Counted from the stretch's first letter, positions 49,901-62,368 are shown. The stretch is DNA of 64,000 nt from Schmidtea polychroa (GCA_044892525.1 CM097885.1:43152001-43216000); one strand, 5' to 3'. Program-made: numbers and translations. The notes: generated by a model not told the origin, from the letters alone.

Positions 49901-52900
49901 GCTGGCATTACGTACTATCTGAAATCAGATTAAGTAAAGAGTTTATTATATTGGGAAAAAGGGTTGACTGCAATTTGTTTCGACAAATTTTTTCAGATTC
50001 ATTCAAACATACATTCCACGATATATTTCGACAGTTTTCTGTCATTTTAATTTTAACAATCGATCAATTTAGAAAATTTTTACATGTTATTTTTAATCGT
50101 GCTTTGTTTGATATAGATTATTATTATTATTAGTAAAATTATTATTATTATTTTTTATTATTAAAAATATTAATATTATAATCATAATTATTATTTTTAT
50201 TATTAATATTATTAATATTATTTTAATATTATTATTTTGTTGGACGGGTGGCTAAGTGGGAATTTACTTTTTGGTTTTTTGTTTTGAAGTTAGGTATGAG
50301 GTTCAATTCCAAGTATGGGTGACTTTTTTCAAAATTAATTTTTACATGTTATTTCTAATATAGATCGAATCAGCATGCTTTATTTGCTATAAATTGAAAT
50401 TTTCATAAAAATTGGTTAATTATTTTTACTTAAAGGTTCATAGTATTTTCTCACCTACAGGCATAAAATGCAGTAAACAATCATTAAATAATAATTGATA
50501 TTAATTTTCAGACCATTTGGGGATTTATTTTATTATGCTTTGTGATTTCATTAATTATTTTGTGTTGTACCCTTTAAATAACAATAGAAAAATTTCATCT
50601 ATTGACCATTTTTAATATAAGGTATGCAAACGTTATGAAATGTATAAAACAAGGAAAATGATCCATTTATAATACATAGAAACTAATAGTAGTAGTAGTA
50701 GTAGCTGTCGATGTCGATGTCGTGGTCGTGGTCGTGGTCGTGGTCGTATTTTAGCATTGGTCGTACTCGGTTGTATGAATAGTACTGGATGTTCACATAG
50801 AGTAGTCAATAGTACTGGATCCTTATATAGACCACCAGTGTCCTAGATGTGTGTGTGTGTTGTATGAATAGTACTGGACTAGATGTGTGTGTATTAGCAA
50901 CCAGTGACCACTAAGTATGAGGACACAGTTGCCATGGTATTGAGTCATCAATAAGTGGTCAGTTAGTAACAGGTCTGTATATGATATAATGGGCACGCGA
51001 GTGGTCAGTTAGTGACAATGTGTGCATGACGTAATGACCACATGACTGGTCAGTTAGTAACCATATGTGTATTACGTAAAGGTCACCATGTGGTCAGTTA
51101 GCAACTGACCTTTATATTTCGTAATAGCGACGCGATTGGGCAGTTAGCAACAGTGTGTGTATTATGTAATCGGTCATTATTACGTAATCGATATACCCCC
51201 TTTTGTATCTGACGGGCTCACATCCTTCTACTAGGCTAAATTATTTCTGTGCCCCTTATTTTGAAAATGTTTCCATGTCAGAATAAAGACAGCCAAATTT
51301 CCGAAATGTCTATGTTTAAACAATACTTTGTTCTGACATGAAAAATTTTTCGAAGAATATTATGACTCATGCTTTTTACACAAAAGCTCTTTATAAGCCA
51401 TAGATGAGGTATAACTCGGATAATTCATACTAACTACCAGATAATCAGAATCAAATGTGCTGAATGGCTCCCATTTATCTATTTACGTGTCGATTTAAAA
51501 TTGAAATATTTTATCTTAAAACTAATTAATTTAAGTATAACCGTGGGATATATTGATGAAATTTTAATTTAGTAGAGAAATATTTAATAGAGATACTAGA
51601 AGAATTGAAATAAAATCATTACCGCTGTCAATATTGAGGGAAGGGGATGAACACATTTATTAATTGAGTTAATTTGATGAAAAACGTGATAATGAAACTG
51701 ATAAATTTGCAAAGTACGGAATAATCTATTAACAATATTAAAATAAATATATTATCGTCTAATAAAATGAAAAATAATCAAATTATTCTGTCAGTAACAC
51801 GAAATACAATCTTGAAAAGCACATATAATTGAAATACTAGTTATTCGAGCGGCATATCAATAGTAAAATCGAACACTTCTGTGTTAATGATTAGGCACAA
51901 AATAAAATTATAAATATATACAATCGATAGTCAGTACAAAATTCAACCTGCTAATAATAAATGGTGAACAATTTTAAAACAATTTAAATTTGATGAAATC
52001 TGTTTACAAATAAACCAATTGACATATTGAGTATGGTGAAATTAAACTTGATTTTTTAAAATGAAGAAACCCCGTTTTAACTAATCAATAGAATAAAGTT
52101 AATAATAGAAAGGCATATATTTGGTCGATATTAACCTTTTCGCGACGTGCTATTTTCCTATTAAATATGCCTATAAGACGGACAGTTTTCTATGAGCTTC
52201 GACAGTTATCAAGTATGCAAACGTTCGTGTGTCCACTATGAAATAAGAACTACTACTGCCAGATTCAAACATGACAAATAAAATAACAGACAAGTTTAAA
52301 CTTGCCTATAAACACAAATAAAGATGTCTACACCAAACACCACTGAGATACATTCGCTATAGTGGTGGTTGGCGTGTAGAGCAATTGCTCACTCACCAAT
52401 TTAATGAATTTCTCATCATATTCTGGAAATTTATTTTAGCCATTTTACAAATGGCTTACAGGTAAGATGTTAAATTTAAAGTAAATTTTGATACATATAG
52501 ATATGAGATCATTAATCAAGTTCTTAAGTATTACTTTTAGTCAACATTATAATTATAAATTATTTTTAATTAATTTTCAGGGTTTTTTTAGGATTTTTAT
52601 GACATTTATTTTTAAGTATTTTGGAATTATTTCGAAAAAATGTGAGTCAGATATATTTTTAATTATAATTAAATAAATCAATAACCAAAAATATGTATTT
52701 TTCTAAAACATTTTGGAAAAAATCACGAAAATAAATAAAATAATTAAAAAATTTTTTTTCTGAGCTCAATATGAGGGCTTTCTTTCAGGAAATCAAATCT
52801 GGATTGAAAAGACATTGAACCAAATTCATCTGCTCTTGGTAATTTCATTAAAAATATATTTTAAAAAATTTTCACCTATCTATTTTTTTTCCAAAAATTG

Positions 52901-55900
52901 TCAAAAATAAAGTTATTATAGAAACGTATCTTAGCGGTGCATTTCTATGAATCGAAAGTTTGCATGTGTTTTTTAGTATATGTTTTGCTTTGTGCAGTTT
53001 TTAATTTTTCTTCCACTTTTTAGATTTCTATAGTATAAGATATATCTTACTGCACTATAAATGAGAATATCAGTATGCATTCAAAGTATGTATGTTTCTA
53101 TAATGTAAGATTATTGATTTTTCTTATATTATAGGGAACGGTTCTCAGCGGTGTTTGGTGTAACACATAAAACGGGATCGTCCGGCATTCGTCGCGACAA
53201 ATATATGGGCGTGTGTGTGAGAGAGAGAAAGAGATGAGTGGAAAACGAAATGTACAGAATTTTCTTGTGAATTATTTGTTTTTATTTTAAAAACAAAACA
53301 TCGTTTAATTGTGTCAGTAAAATATCTTATCTTTTTCACGATTGATCTGTTTTCTTTTACAATTTTATCTATCTTCCATTTTTATTTGCTTAACTTATAT
53401 TTAAAACGAAATTTCTTTGGAATTTTTGCTAATAATTTTCTCACTGGAGATTTGGATTTAGTGCTAAATTATCATCGTTGCTTGAGCCAAAGTTGATATT
53501 TCCTTGATGAAACTGCAATGCTATATTATTCTTTACGAAAATCCACATCACATTTCATCATGCTGTTATCATGAATTTATCCTTTCCCAATAATGATTGC
53601 TGGAACAAACCTTCTGGACATCTGAATCTTTAATTTCCAATAGTAATAACTTGATCATCTGGTAGTTTATGAAAATTCAGTAGTTTCCATTTCTTCCTCA
53701 AAATCAAGAGTAATGGAATACAATTATTCTCTAATATCTCGAGAGTACTTGTAAAACTGAAACCTCGTTCTGTCAGTATTTTCATCAAATAATTTCTAAA
53801 ATCTCTCCCGTTCAAATCCATACAAATTCAAAACAACTAGAAAAATCTATTTTTTTAAAAAACACTTCAAAAAATTGACTTTTTAAACAAGTAAATTCCA
53901 ATACGATCGAAGATCCAAAAACGAAGCATTCATAAAAAAAAATAATCTTAATACAGCGACCCCGGCGAGTGCGGATACGTTATATCGAGACTGACAATTA
54001 AAAAAAGTCTAAACGCTGGCCTTGACGAGTGCGAGAATTAGTCATGAACGCGAGTGAGACAAAATGGACTCAGAATGTGCCCTATAGTATGTATTGTAGT
54101 TCTATATTTTAGAGTATGCCTATTAGTACTCAAATCATAATGAATAAATCACTTAGCCTGGAGAAGTATTTATAGCAAACAAAGCTTGGTTTGATCGGTT
54201 TAGAAAACGATCAAACTTACATAATCTTACGTAGAATCAGCAGAAAAATATCCGATGTAGTTCCTTAAAATTGTAGAAAGGGGAAATTATCCACCAAATT
54301 TAATTTTAATGTGGATGAAACTGGACTTCATTAGAACCAAATCCAAACACGTACGTCTAATTGCATTGAGGTTTAAGCATCCAAGGACCGTATCCGAAGA
54401 ATAAAAATTAACCTCGAGCTCTTCTGGTATTGGACAACGCGTCGGAACAACTTCTGGAACTTGAGAAATTGTGGGCTGATTTTCCATCTTACAACCTATG
54501 GATCAAAACGCAATAGCTGCCTTCAAAGCTTATTATTAAAAACGATGGGTAAACTCATTGAAGAAACTAATGGAGGGAAGGAGATGGAGAGATGGCATGT
54601 GGATTTGGTGGAAACAATTTATTATTATGAAAGCTATCAGAAACATCGACGAAGCATGGAATGAAGCCACTCAGTCGTGTATGAATGGTGTTTGGAAAAA
54701 ATTGTTTAGTGAAATTGTTGAAGTTCACTGCTATCATGAAAATAATATTCAAAATATCATCGAAAAGATAAGTCGTATACCCAATTCTGGAGGCATCGAA
54801 GATGTTGATAAAGATGGTTTTCAGACTTTGTTAAAACCACACGCCGAACCCTTGACTAATAAAGAACTGCAAGAAACGGATTGCCGTATATACCTAGAAA
54901 ATGACGTTCCCGTGCAAAATTTAACTGTTAAAACCACAGAAAAGACCCTTTCTCTTCACAATCAATGTATGGAGTTGTTGGAAGAAATTAAAAGACTATA
55001 ACCGGGTTGTAATACATTACTTGACAGTTCGGCAAATTTTACGCAAAACGTAGAGGCCAATCAAGGGAATCTAGATTCCTTTTGGAAAGGTGGAACAAAA
55101 TGAATGAATTAATTATTTAATGTATGGGTTTTTGTTATTCGAGTTTTGCAGTGATTTTTCAAAAATCCCCCATTGATCGCGAAATTTTGCTTAATGTGAT
55201 TATGTCCTGAACGTATCTCTCGTGCTGAACGAGGGTTTCCTGTATAAAATTGTCCAAATGGATTTCTACAGGTATATTCCCGTTTCAATTCCAATTTCAT
55301 TATATCTAAGCGACGAATGCCGGACACTTCCGTTTTATGTGTATTTCTGTTTAGTAGTAGTTCTTATTTCATAGTGGGCACACGAAAGTTTGCATTCTTG
55401 ATAACTACCGAAGCTTATAGAAAACTGTCCGTCTTATAGGCATATTTAATATGAAAATAGCACGTCGCGAAAAGGTGGCTCTTTGTGAAAAATGATCCGG
55501 CACGTATGGACAAAGCAAAATTACAAGGATGACATTTCTAGTGATAACAGTCAATCCTTTGCGAATATGCAGAAGTTTACATGGACTTGTACAAATATTG
55601 TATATAATATTGTTGCGGATTAATTGACGTTATGCCAGCCAAATAATATAGTCATCAATCAATTGAATTCGTGGAATAAGTACATCAAGATTCCAACGTT
55701 CCTCTGTCAGTGAAATAGGAGGAACAATGTTAATTATCCCGTGGGGTGTCCGATCATAGTTCATCCGTAAATATGAAGGTTAAATAATAACTATGATAAA
55801 ACAAATAGATATAATTAAAAAATATAATAAAAACCATAAATAGTTTGGAACACTAAAATCGTAGAAACGCATTTATATAGATTTCATGACATATTGAAGG

Positions 55901-56490
55901 TCATATAAAAAGAAAAATAATTAATAAACAGGCCTATAATTAAACCGATTACTCACCACTGTTATGTAATAACAAATCGTTCTTTTGTTAATCATTGTAG
56001 TTCTTTTAATTAAAATTTTTTTAATCTGTATTAAATTATTTAATAAACAAAATCAAAGATAATTAATAATAACTACAAAAATAAACACTTACCAACATCA
56101 GGTCGAAGTACATTTACAACTTCAATTCTATCAAAATATATAACTACACCACCACTTGTTCCACAAGGCACATTTTTTACTTCATCTGTTTGTAAAGTAG
56201 TCTGTGAAACCATTATAAATTAATTTCTAACTTAATTTAGCATTACTTGAACTGTTCTGTATGAAGTTATAAAAGGAATCATTAATCGATAACCAGGTCC
56301 GCTGACACCAGATAAAAGAGCACCACCTCGATAATACACTCCGACAAAGCCTAAAATAATAAGGATTCTCACTTAAATATATCTGTAAAAATGTACCTTC
56401 ATCAATCTTATGCAATGAAAAATTTAAACTTAACAAAACTGCACTAATACCAATTAAAAGGCTAATTGTAGTAAAATCTTGTTGTTGCAT
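34911..56490 (-). CDS. ERLIN1/2: Erlin (SPFH/band-7 ER lipid-raft protein), 8 exons, ~345 aa
   Basis: Exons 56490-56397, 56350-56247, 56201-56093, 47708-47583, 47528-47304, 45007-44918, 43893-43814, 35120-34911; all GT-AG, phases consistent; [84 protein letters not shown] further 53-bp intron (34928-34876) could change the last residues. Confidence 0.96.
36822..36870 (-). ncRNA. Minimal type-I hammerhead-like motif (Penelope type)
   Basis: CTGATGA-TGATAGTAATACTATA-GAAA-TATATA-GTGAAAA; stem II 4 bp, palindromic stem III, weak stem I. Confidence 0.55.
37064..39737 (+). mobile_element. Zator DNA transposon with frameshifted transposase (~37252-39397), in erlin last intron
   Basis: 23-bp TIR GGGGTCATTG(C/T)ATAATTACGTCA, TA flanks; [51 protein letters not shown]. 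Confidence 0.9.
38991..39035. repeat. (TTC)15 trinucleotide repeat inside the Zator transposase
   Basis: Direct reading; gives a 14-Leu run in frame. Confidence 0.95.
39760..39940 (+). mobile_element. Possible Penelope-like GIY-YIG C-terminal remnant
   Basis: LKVLIN...[16 protein letters not shown]-like text just 5' of a hammerhead motif. Confidence 0.4.
39941..39989 (+). ncRNA. Minimal type-I hammerhead-like motif
   Basis: CTGATGA-TAGTGATGCTATC-GAAA-TATATA-GCGAAAATAT. Confidence 0.6.
40415..40470 (-). ncRNA. Degenerate hammerhead-like motif
   Basis: CTGACGG-ATGACAGTTAAATTATC-GAAA-TATATC-GTAAAA; core A9 mutated. Confidence 0.45.
40578..40632 (+). ncRNA. Minimal hammerhead-like motif, inverted partner of 40415-40470
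   Basis: CTGATGA-T-GACAG-TGAAA-TTGTC-GAAA-TATTC-GTAAAA. Confidence 0.55.
40649..41050. mobile_element. hAT-like MITE with decayed right TIR
   Basis: TAGGGTTGCCAACTCCC left, GGGAGAGTTGGCAAAC right; no clear TSD. Confidence 0.55.
41700..42240 (-). mobile_element. Degraded LINE ORF2-like fragment
   Basis: A-rich coding-like strand with weak likeness to 33200-33700. Confidence 0.25.
42523..43495 (+). mobile_element. Gypsy integrase core with PPT between two diverged LTR-like direct repeats
   Basis: [38 protein letters not shown] (frameshift ~42950); PPT AAGAAGGGGA before 43355; repeats ~42523-42660 and ~43355-43495. Confidence 0.8.
45150..45640. repeat. Diverged ~220-240-bp direct duplication in erlin intron 5
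   Basis: CATGGACCAATGAATATTACACGATTGA at 45308 and 45524; AAAAATCCAGA.TCTAAA also repeated. Confidence 0.75.
46207..46576. mobile_element. hAT Charlie-type MITE, 370 bp
   Basis: TIR CAGTGGTTCTCA / TGAGAACCACTG; 8-bp TSD ATCTAGTT / ATCTTGTT. Confidence 0.92.
46630..47210. repeat. Degenerate AT-rich minisatellite with about 7 copies of CACTTCATT(T/A)AAACA
   Basis: Copies near 46632, 46761, 46893, 46950, 47052, 47079, 47191. Confidence 0.75.
48314..49429 (+). mobile_element. mariner transposon, transposase pseudogene (~48504-49380)
   Basis: TA flanks; decayed TIRs CAAGGTATGATCAAA / TTTGATCACATCTCG; [36 protein letters not shown]. Confidence 0.92.
49510..49545. mobile_element. Isolated hAT terminus
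   Basis: GCGAGCCGCATTCTGGGAACCCCTG followed by ATCTAGAT, a Charlie-type target. Confidence 0.5.
50243..50315 (+). pseudogene. tRNA-derived sequence (SINE head or tRNA pseudogene)
   Basis: A-box TGGCTAAGTGG (50249-59), B-box GGTTCAATTCC (50300-10); no acceptor stem. Confidence 0.5.
50688..51210 (+). repeat. Composite repeat block: (AGT)n, (GTCGAT)n, (GTCGTG)n, then a ~44-bp minisatellite; Polinton-terminus-like
   Basis: TGGTCAGTTAG(T/C)(A/G)AC cores at ~50958, 51002, 51046, 51090, 51136. Confidence 0.6.
53466..53825 (-). pseudogene. Actin pseudogene fragment (central part, no introns seen)
   Basis: [62 protein letters not shown]; stops and deletions. Confidence 0.93.
53954..55242 (+). mobile_element. 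Tigger/pogo (TIGD1-like) element, degenerate DDE_1 transposase
   Basis: TA flanks; decayed CAG..CCC TIRs; [44 protein letters not shown]. Confidence 0.88.
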
Positions 56491-58225
56491 CTTGAAATTT
56501 CTAAAATAAAATTACTTGAAATTTGGCGAATAATTTATTTTTAATATTTATATTAAATTTGCAATTTTAAATCAATTATGACATTAAACGTAAAAAATAC
56601 AATAAAATATAAATACAAAGCATTCATTCTGAATGAATATCATAAATTATTGTGAACTATTTAAACAACGTATCAAATATGGTATATGGTATTTTATATA
56701 TGATATTTTTCTAATATTTTTATGGTTATGCATACAATCAAATAAATTATTGGAAATAATGTAAATTAATTTCTTGATAAAATATAATACCGAAAAAAGA
56801 AACCTGTGCAAATATTCTTAATTGTCTCTAAAGATTTAGTATTTTTAAAAACCCTATATCAAAGTGTAGATGTAATTGTAAAATTTTACGTTTAAAAAGC
56901 AAGCAAAAGAAATGATAAATTAAATAAATGTAGTTGTGGAATTGAGTTGTCAATCAAATACAATACCTTCATTGCTTTTTCAATTACCATTTCTATTTGA
57001 TATTTTTTAGAACGAAATAAAACAATCAACAGTAAATAACAAATTCCCACCAATATATAAATTTAATGATGTCAAACTAAGACAACAATCTTTTTATTCA
57101 ATTTGTTTAGTTTGTTTTCCTAAATACTAAACTATTGATTTTTTAATGACTTAATTAATAATTATTATTTGTTCATTAATATTACTGAGTTAATTGGTAA
57201 TTCAACCTAATTATTTACATCGTGACGCAACGTTGAAAGTGTGACACAAACGGGTAGACGACAGGAAGAAGGGACCTTTATACTTTAGAACTGCTTTTGC
57301 CTCGACTAGTTTAAAAATGATAGTATTAAGATGATCATTAATATGTCTTCATTGAATTTATATTATTCCACATCTTTTATGTGGTTTCGTTGTCTGGACT
57401 GATTATTAAAATATTTTGGATTATTGTATTTTTGTTGTTTTCAAGTGTCTGATCCTTGATACTGTGTTTCAGAAACCCGAAGACATTCGGTTATTAAATT
57501 AAAACATTTCAGATCAATCCTCTAAAAATATTTTTGTTCCGTGTGTGTCTTTTGTTATAGACAATGGGTAGAAATCAGTCTCCATGAGTTTTTTCAGTAA
57601 TCTGTAACCGCCACAGGCCCTCCATTCCCCATTTGCTTTTTATTATAACATAAGTGCAGAGGATCAGTGGCCTCAATTTTCTGTGTACTGTTTATGACCG
57701 CTTGTTCAGTTATATATTCTGAATTATGGATGAATTATTGTAGTAGTTCTGTATGCTGAATCTATTCATTAATTTACTTAATTTTGTGCCAGATAAGTTA
57801 TCCTTATTATAATATTCTTTTTGGGGATAATTTGAAGTTTTATTGCTTGGATTATTACAGTTTTTGTTGATATCATTAGTGCTATATATTATATTGCATA
57901 TTTCTTATTTGTATTGTTGTTATTGGTCAATATTCCCAGTATTTCTTGTATAACTTTCTGCAAACAAATTTCTTTAAATTGCTCATTCTAATGTAATTTG
58001 ATTACATTTGAAAGAAAATAGTCTATTTCGGTGAGTCCATGCGAGTAGGAAGATGTGAGTCCACTGACATTTAATACACTAAATTCCTCGCCATTTAACT
58101 TTTTTCCAAAAATGTGGTTGAGCGTACCTTTGTATACTATAATCAGCGGGTATTCAAGCAAGTTCACGGACCACCATTAGACGGTAATTGTCCGTCTTTA
58201 CTTAGGTGCCCCTTTTAGTTAATTA

Positions 58226-58817
58226 ACGTATATACTCGCGTATAAGTCGAGATATTTAGGTTAAATTTTCAAGTAAAAATAGCTACGACGTCATATACGC
58301 GGGTCAAACAGGTATAAATTAATTTTTAACGAAATTATTAAATTGGTTATAATTTGTAGTTGTTAATTTCTTAATTATACATTTATTTTTTAATTATAGT
58401 GTAATTTCTTTCATTAATAAAATTGTAATTTATCAAAATATACTTTCAAGCATCATTAACGAACAAATAATAAACTTGACAACATTATTACCAATCAGAT
58501 TGTTTTTATCAAAAATTGAACAAAGAAATGCACAGCAGTGCAAAAATGAAACGATGATGAAGATGAAGATGATGCTTTGTTTGTAGATAATTCAGGTTAT
58601 CTAGAAAAGGACGGCGATGATCTGGCAGATGATGAGGCTCAATCTGAGGATAATAATTACACGGATATTATATTATATATTATATATAATTAAGATATTA
58701 TATAATAATATCTTAAATTTTTTTACATTTCTTACTGCGACTTCTACGTGGGTTTCCAATTTATGACAAAGAAATGACTCAAAAATGTCACTTCGATCTA
58801 GGCACGAGTATATACGG
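58226..58817. mobile_element. pogo/Tc-type non-autonomous element
   Basis: TA flanks; TIR-like CGTATATACTCGCGTATAAG / GCACGAGTATATACGG; internal acidic coding remnant. Confidence 0.75.
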
Positions 58818-58859
58818 TAATAAAATGTAAGACTACACCGAGCTAAATTTATTTTTAGT

Positions 58860-59480
58860 TACAACAGGCGATACTCGAACTCTATGGTCGCTTTACGTTC
58901 CGTCACGTTAAATATTGGATTCTCTCGTGGAATTTATCTTACGCGCGCATCTTCTGATATGCTCTTGTTTGCCCGGATTACATTTCACTTCTCATCAGGT
59001 CGGCTGACTCTTGGGCTCCACCATTCCCACTTCTGCGAGTTCCACGGGGAAAAGTCCGATGGGGCTGATACTCGAATTTGTTCAGTCACTTATGATCAAC
59101 TTTTCTCTGGCCAAATTGTACCTCTAACTCGCGAATTCGGACCTTTAGTGTCCATATATCCACTTGTTGGATGGCCTGGGTCTGCAATTGTGTTATCTGT
59201 TTAGTCCTTTTCTGCATCTCTCCTGATTGGAATCATGTACTCTTCATGGTGCGACATCGGCGTTTTAGTCTTTCCTGTGAAAATTCTCCACTAGTTATAA
59301 TGCGGGTTCTCGATCCACACGCATGCATTCCATCAGTTGGAACACAAAATAAATTATTAGCCGGGAAATACTGTAGAAACGGAATCATTTCGGGGTGATG
59401 ATCTACATTGTTACTATTAGTTTGTGATGAAGGAAAATATCTATTTAATTTCACGATTTCTATATTTCTCTTAACTCATA
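58860..59480 (-). other. GC-richer degraded coding-like segment, probably a retroelement
   Basis: Composition contrast and broken ORFs; no diagnostic motif. Confidence 0.25.
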
Positions 59481-59689
59481 ATTCAGTGACGAGGAAATTC
59501 TTTCAGGTACTATATCAACTGTAATGTATTGTTATATTTATTTTGTTTTTAACAAGGTTCTGACGTTTGGTGATTTTGTCAGCGCGTGTCGCGTTTTGAA
59601 AAGATAAAAAAACTATTTAGCAATAATTTACCATAGAAATTATCGCTATACGAAAATCGATCACAAAATTAAAAATTAAAAATCAAACA

Positions 59690-61420
59690 ATTCAAAATAA
59701 AACATTAAAGCCTTAATCAAGATACCTAAAAGGAATTTATTTAACATATCCTTGTTGGCAAAACTTGACTATGTTGACTATGTAAAGTCAAGATTTTTAA
59801 TAAATACAATGTCAATGGAAAAGAAATCATTGCCAATGGAAGACACGAACATAATTACATCATACAAGTACAGAAAGAAAGGGCAAATAGAAAAAGATAC
59901 AAAACCAGCAATGTCATCTTGTGTTCCTAGATCTTATGGATGCTTTTGGTAGCAATCCACGTGAAGTAATATGGCACACCCTCCAACAAAAAAGGGATTG
60001 AATAATAAGACAATAAGTCTACTCCAAGAATGTTATAAAGAACGCTAAACGATTTATCAAAGCGGAAACACAACAGCCAGTGAAATAAAACAAGTCAAAG
60101 GAGTAAAATAAGGATGTCCATTATCAATGACAATCTTCAGTCTTTTCGTCGAATATCTAATACAAGCAGCCTTAAAAAGTGGTAAAGGAGTTCAACTGGC
60201 AGGTGAAAAAATAAGTATTCTGGCCTATGCTGATGATTTAGTACTGATGATTCCCGAACACCACCAACTACAAGAAATGTTAGATAAAAACGATAACATT
60301 GACAACAACATCCTCACCAATGGAACCAAAATAAAAGAAATAAATAAAGAAAACCTATATACTTTCTTGTGAGTCTCAATTGGAAACAGAAAAAAATGAC
60401 CTAAATGAGATTTTTTCTGTTTTTTCAACTCTCTTCTAAGAGTCCAACAGAATATTGAAGCATACAACATCTTCTGCCTCTCAAAATTCACATTTATTCT
60501 ACAAGCAGAAAAAATTGCAAAAACTCATGCCGAAAACTTCGATAACAAAATTAGACTAATTATTAAAGACAAGAATGTACTCGATCTACCTCATAAAAGC
60601 CCTTTCATGGACGCAATATTCTATGCTCCAAAAGAAAAAGAAGGAATTGGCATCACGAAAATAGTAGATGAACAAATGATACAATCAATCGGTAGATTCC
60701 TAAGAATCATTAATATTAGCCATGTAGTTTGCAGTATCAACTATAGTACTCAGAAAATAACCATAAGAAGTTTTTTTTCTTGATGAAACATCTAAAAGGA
60801 CCTAAGCAAACTGTCAAGGTCACATACTAAGACTACCACAATCAGAATCCATCGAATGGAAAATGCTCAAATACCTAAAGGATTTCGAATGGCGCTTCAC
60901 TATTAGGGCTCGGGAAAATATGCTTGATCTTAATATGAAGCAATCAAACCAGAGCGGAAGAATTGGAAGTACAAAATGTAGAAATTGCGAAAATCCTCAC
61001 GAGTCATCAATACATGCACCAAATATGTGTGTAAAAGAAACTAAAAATGTGTACAAACAAGCATAATGTCCTTTCGATCACATCACAACAATAGAAGCCT
61101 CGAGAACAAAAATCAAAACAAATACAGATAACTTGCCCAAGACATCCAAGAAGCAACCATAACTTACACATCAGTGGAAACATTCGTTGTAGGCTCACTT
61201 GGGAAAAGAGGAATAATGATATCTTCCGAAAACGTGGAAGAAGAATATAAACCAATCCAAGTAAAAATAATAGAGGCTTCTATCAATAATAAAATAAGAT
61301 CTGGAACATGTATGATTGTGCCCGCATCCCAAAAAAGGCACATTGGCAAACTCACTGTCCATTATAGTAGCTATTACTTGACTTTGAAAAAAAAAGTTCT
61401 TATAATATTATAATTTAATT
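59690..61420 (+). mobile_element. Degenerate R2/NeSL-like (RT plus restriction-like endonuclease) non-LTR retrotransposon
   Basis: AFGSNPREVIWHTL, GVK*GCPLS, ILAYADDL, CRNCENPHESSIH...C knuckle then HNV, FVVGSLG. Confidence 0.85.
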
Positions 61421-61690
61421 GTATTTATGCCAAAATGAATGTTTTATATTTTATTAATTATTTTTTCATATTATTTTTTATTTCTTTTAATTTTTGAGTT
61501 AATTTTGTATTATATCTTGATAAATTACTTTCTAACTTTTCATATTTTATTTAGTTTTCAGTGATTTCAGCGCCAGGCATTGGGGCTAGACCCTCTGGGA
61601 TGAAATTTAGATCACTTCTTTTTTCTCCAAGGAAAATCTTTCAAATTTGCATTGTGCTTGTTGTTGTTTTACTTGTTGTTTTTAATTTTT

Positions 61691-62368
61691 TTAAGTTTTA
61701 ACAATTGATCTGTTAATAAATCTGAAAATCTTTTCTTTTAATTCTGTTGGTAGAGATTTAACATCGGCCTGGTAGACATTAAATAAATCTTGAAGTCGGC
61801 TCAATGTCATGTCACTTTTGATATGCTGGAACCATTTTTTTGAATTCAAGTCTTCTAATGTTAAGAAGTTGATGTTTAGAAAAATGAAAACACTCAAAGT
61901 CAACGTTTCGTTATCAGCATACGTCGATTTCATATTTGTGACATACAGAATACTTTTCCATAACGATTGTATACGTTCAACGACTTCCACGGACAAATCA
62001 TAGGTCTTTCCAAATGAGTGCAATAGATTCAAGCCGGAAGAATAGTTCAAATTATTAAAATTTATGTACATTATTATCAAGCCTTCCAAATCCATGATTT
62101 CTTCTATTAAGCTCGACGTATCATAGGAAATATTACTTGGAAAGGCGCAAATAATTATTTCTCTAACATGAATATTCTTTTCTAAATATTTACATCCTAA
62201 ATGAATACAAGCTATCGCCAAATTTACTGGGGGAGGTTCAGTCAAATGGGAGTTACAAAATTTCATCAATATGCTTATTGCTGAATCAATTATATCCAAA
62301 CGCAGATTCAAGAGAGCTCCAAGATGCTGAATAAATGCGACTATAGAAACTTTTAATTTTTGATCCAT
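61691..62368 (-). CDS. Cyclin-fold protein, copy B, 225 aa
   Basis: Same as 30603-31280 except 3 nt (2 aa); flanks homologous over ~61640-62505. Confidence 0.75.
   Translation of the reverse strand: MDQKLKVSIVAFIQHLGALLNLRLDIIDSAISILMKFCNSHLTEPPPVNLAIACIHLGCKYLEKNIHVREIIICAFPSNISYDTSSLIEEIMDLEGLIIMYINFNNLNYSSGLNLLHSFGKTYDLSVEVVERIQSLWKSILYVTNMKSTYADNETLTLSVFIFLNINFLTLEDLNSKKWFQHIKSDMTLSRLQDLFNVYQADVKSLPTELKEKIFRFINRSIVKT

Larger units (their letters stand above)
52135..55475. mobile_element. Long-TIR (>=165 bp) non-autonomous DNA element with nested cargo
   Basis: 52135-52257 plus 53160-53195 are the reverse complement of 55309-55475; TTAA on the left only; starts CCTTTTCGCG. Confidence 0.8.

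Noticed and set aside
50950-51180. CRISPR-like array
   Set aside because: Eukaryotic context, spacers are homologous to each other, no cas genes; a minisatellite
57300-58200. Possible Penelope RT remnant
   Set aside because: Only vague similarity; no diagnostic motif confirmed
58975-59010. Minus-strand CTGATGAGAAGTGAAA hammerhead candidate
   Set aside because: No pairing possible for stem II
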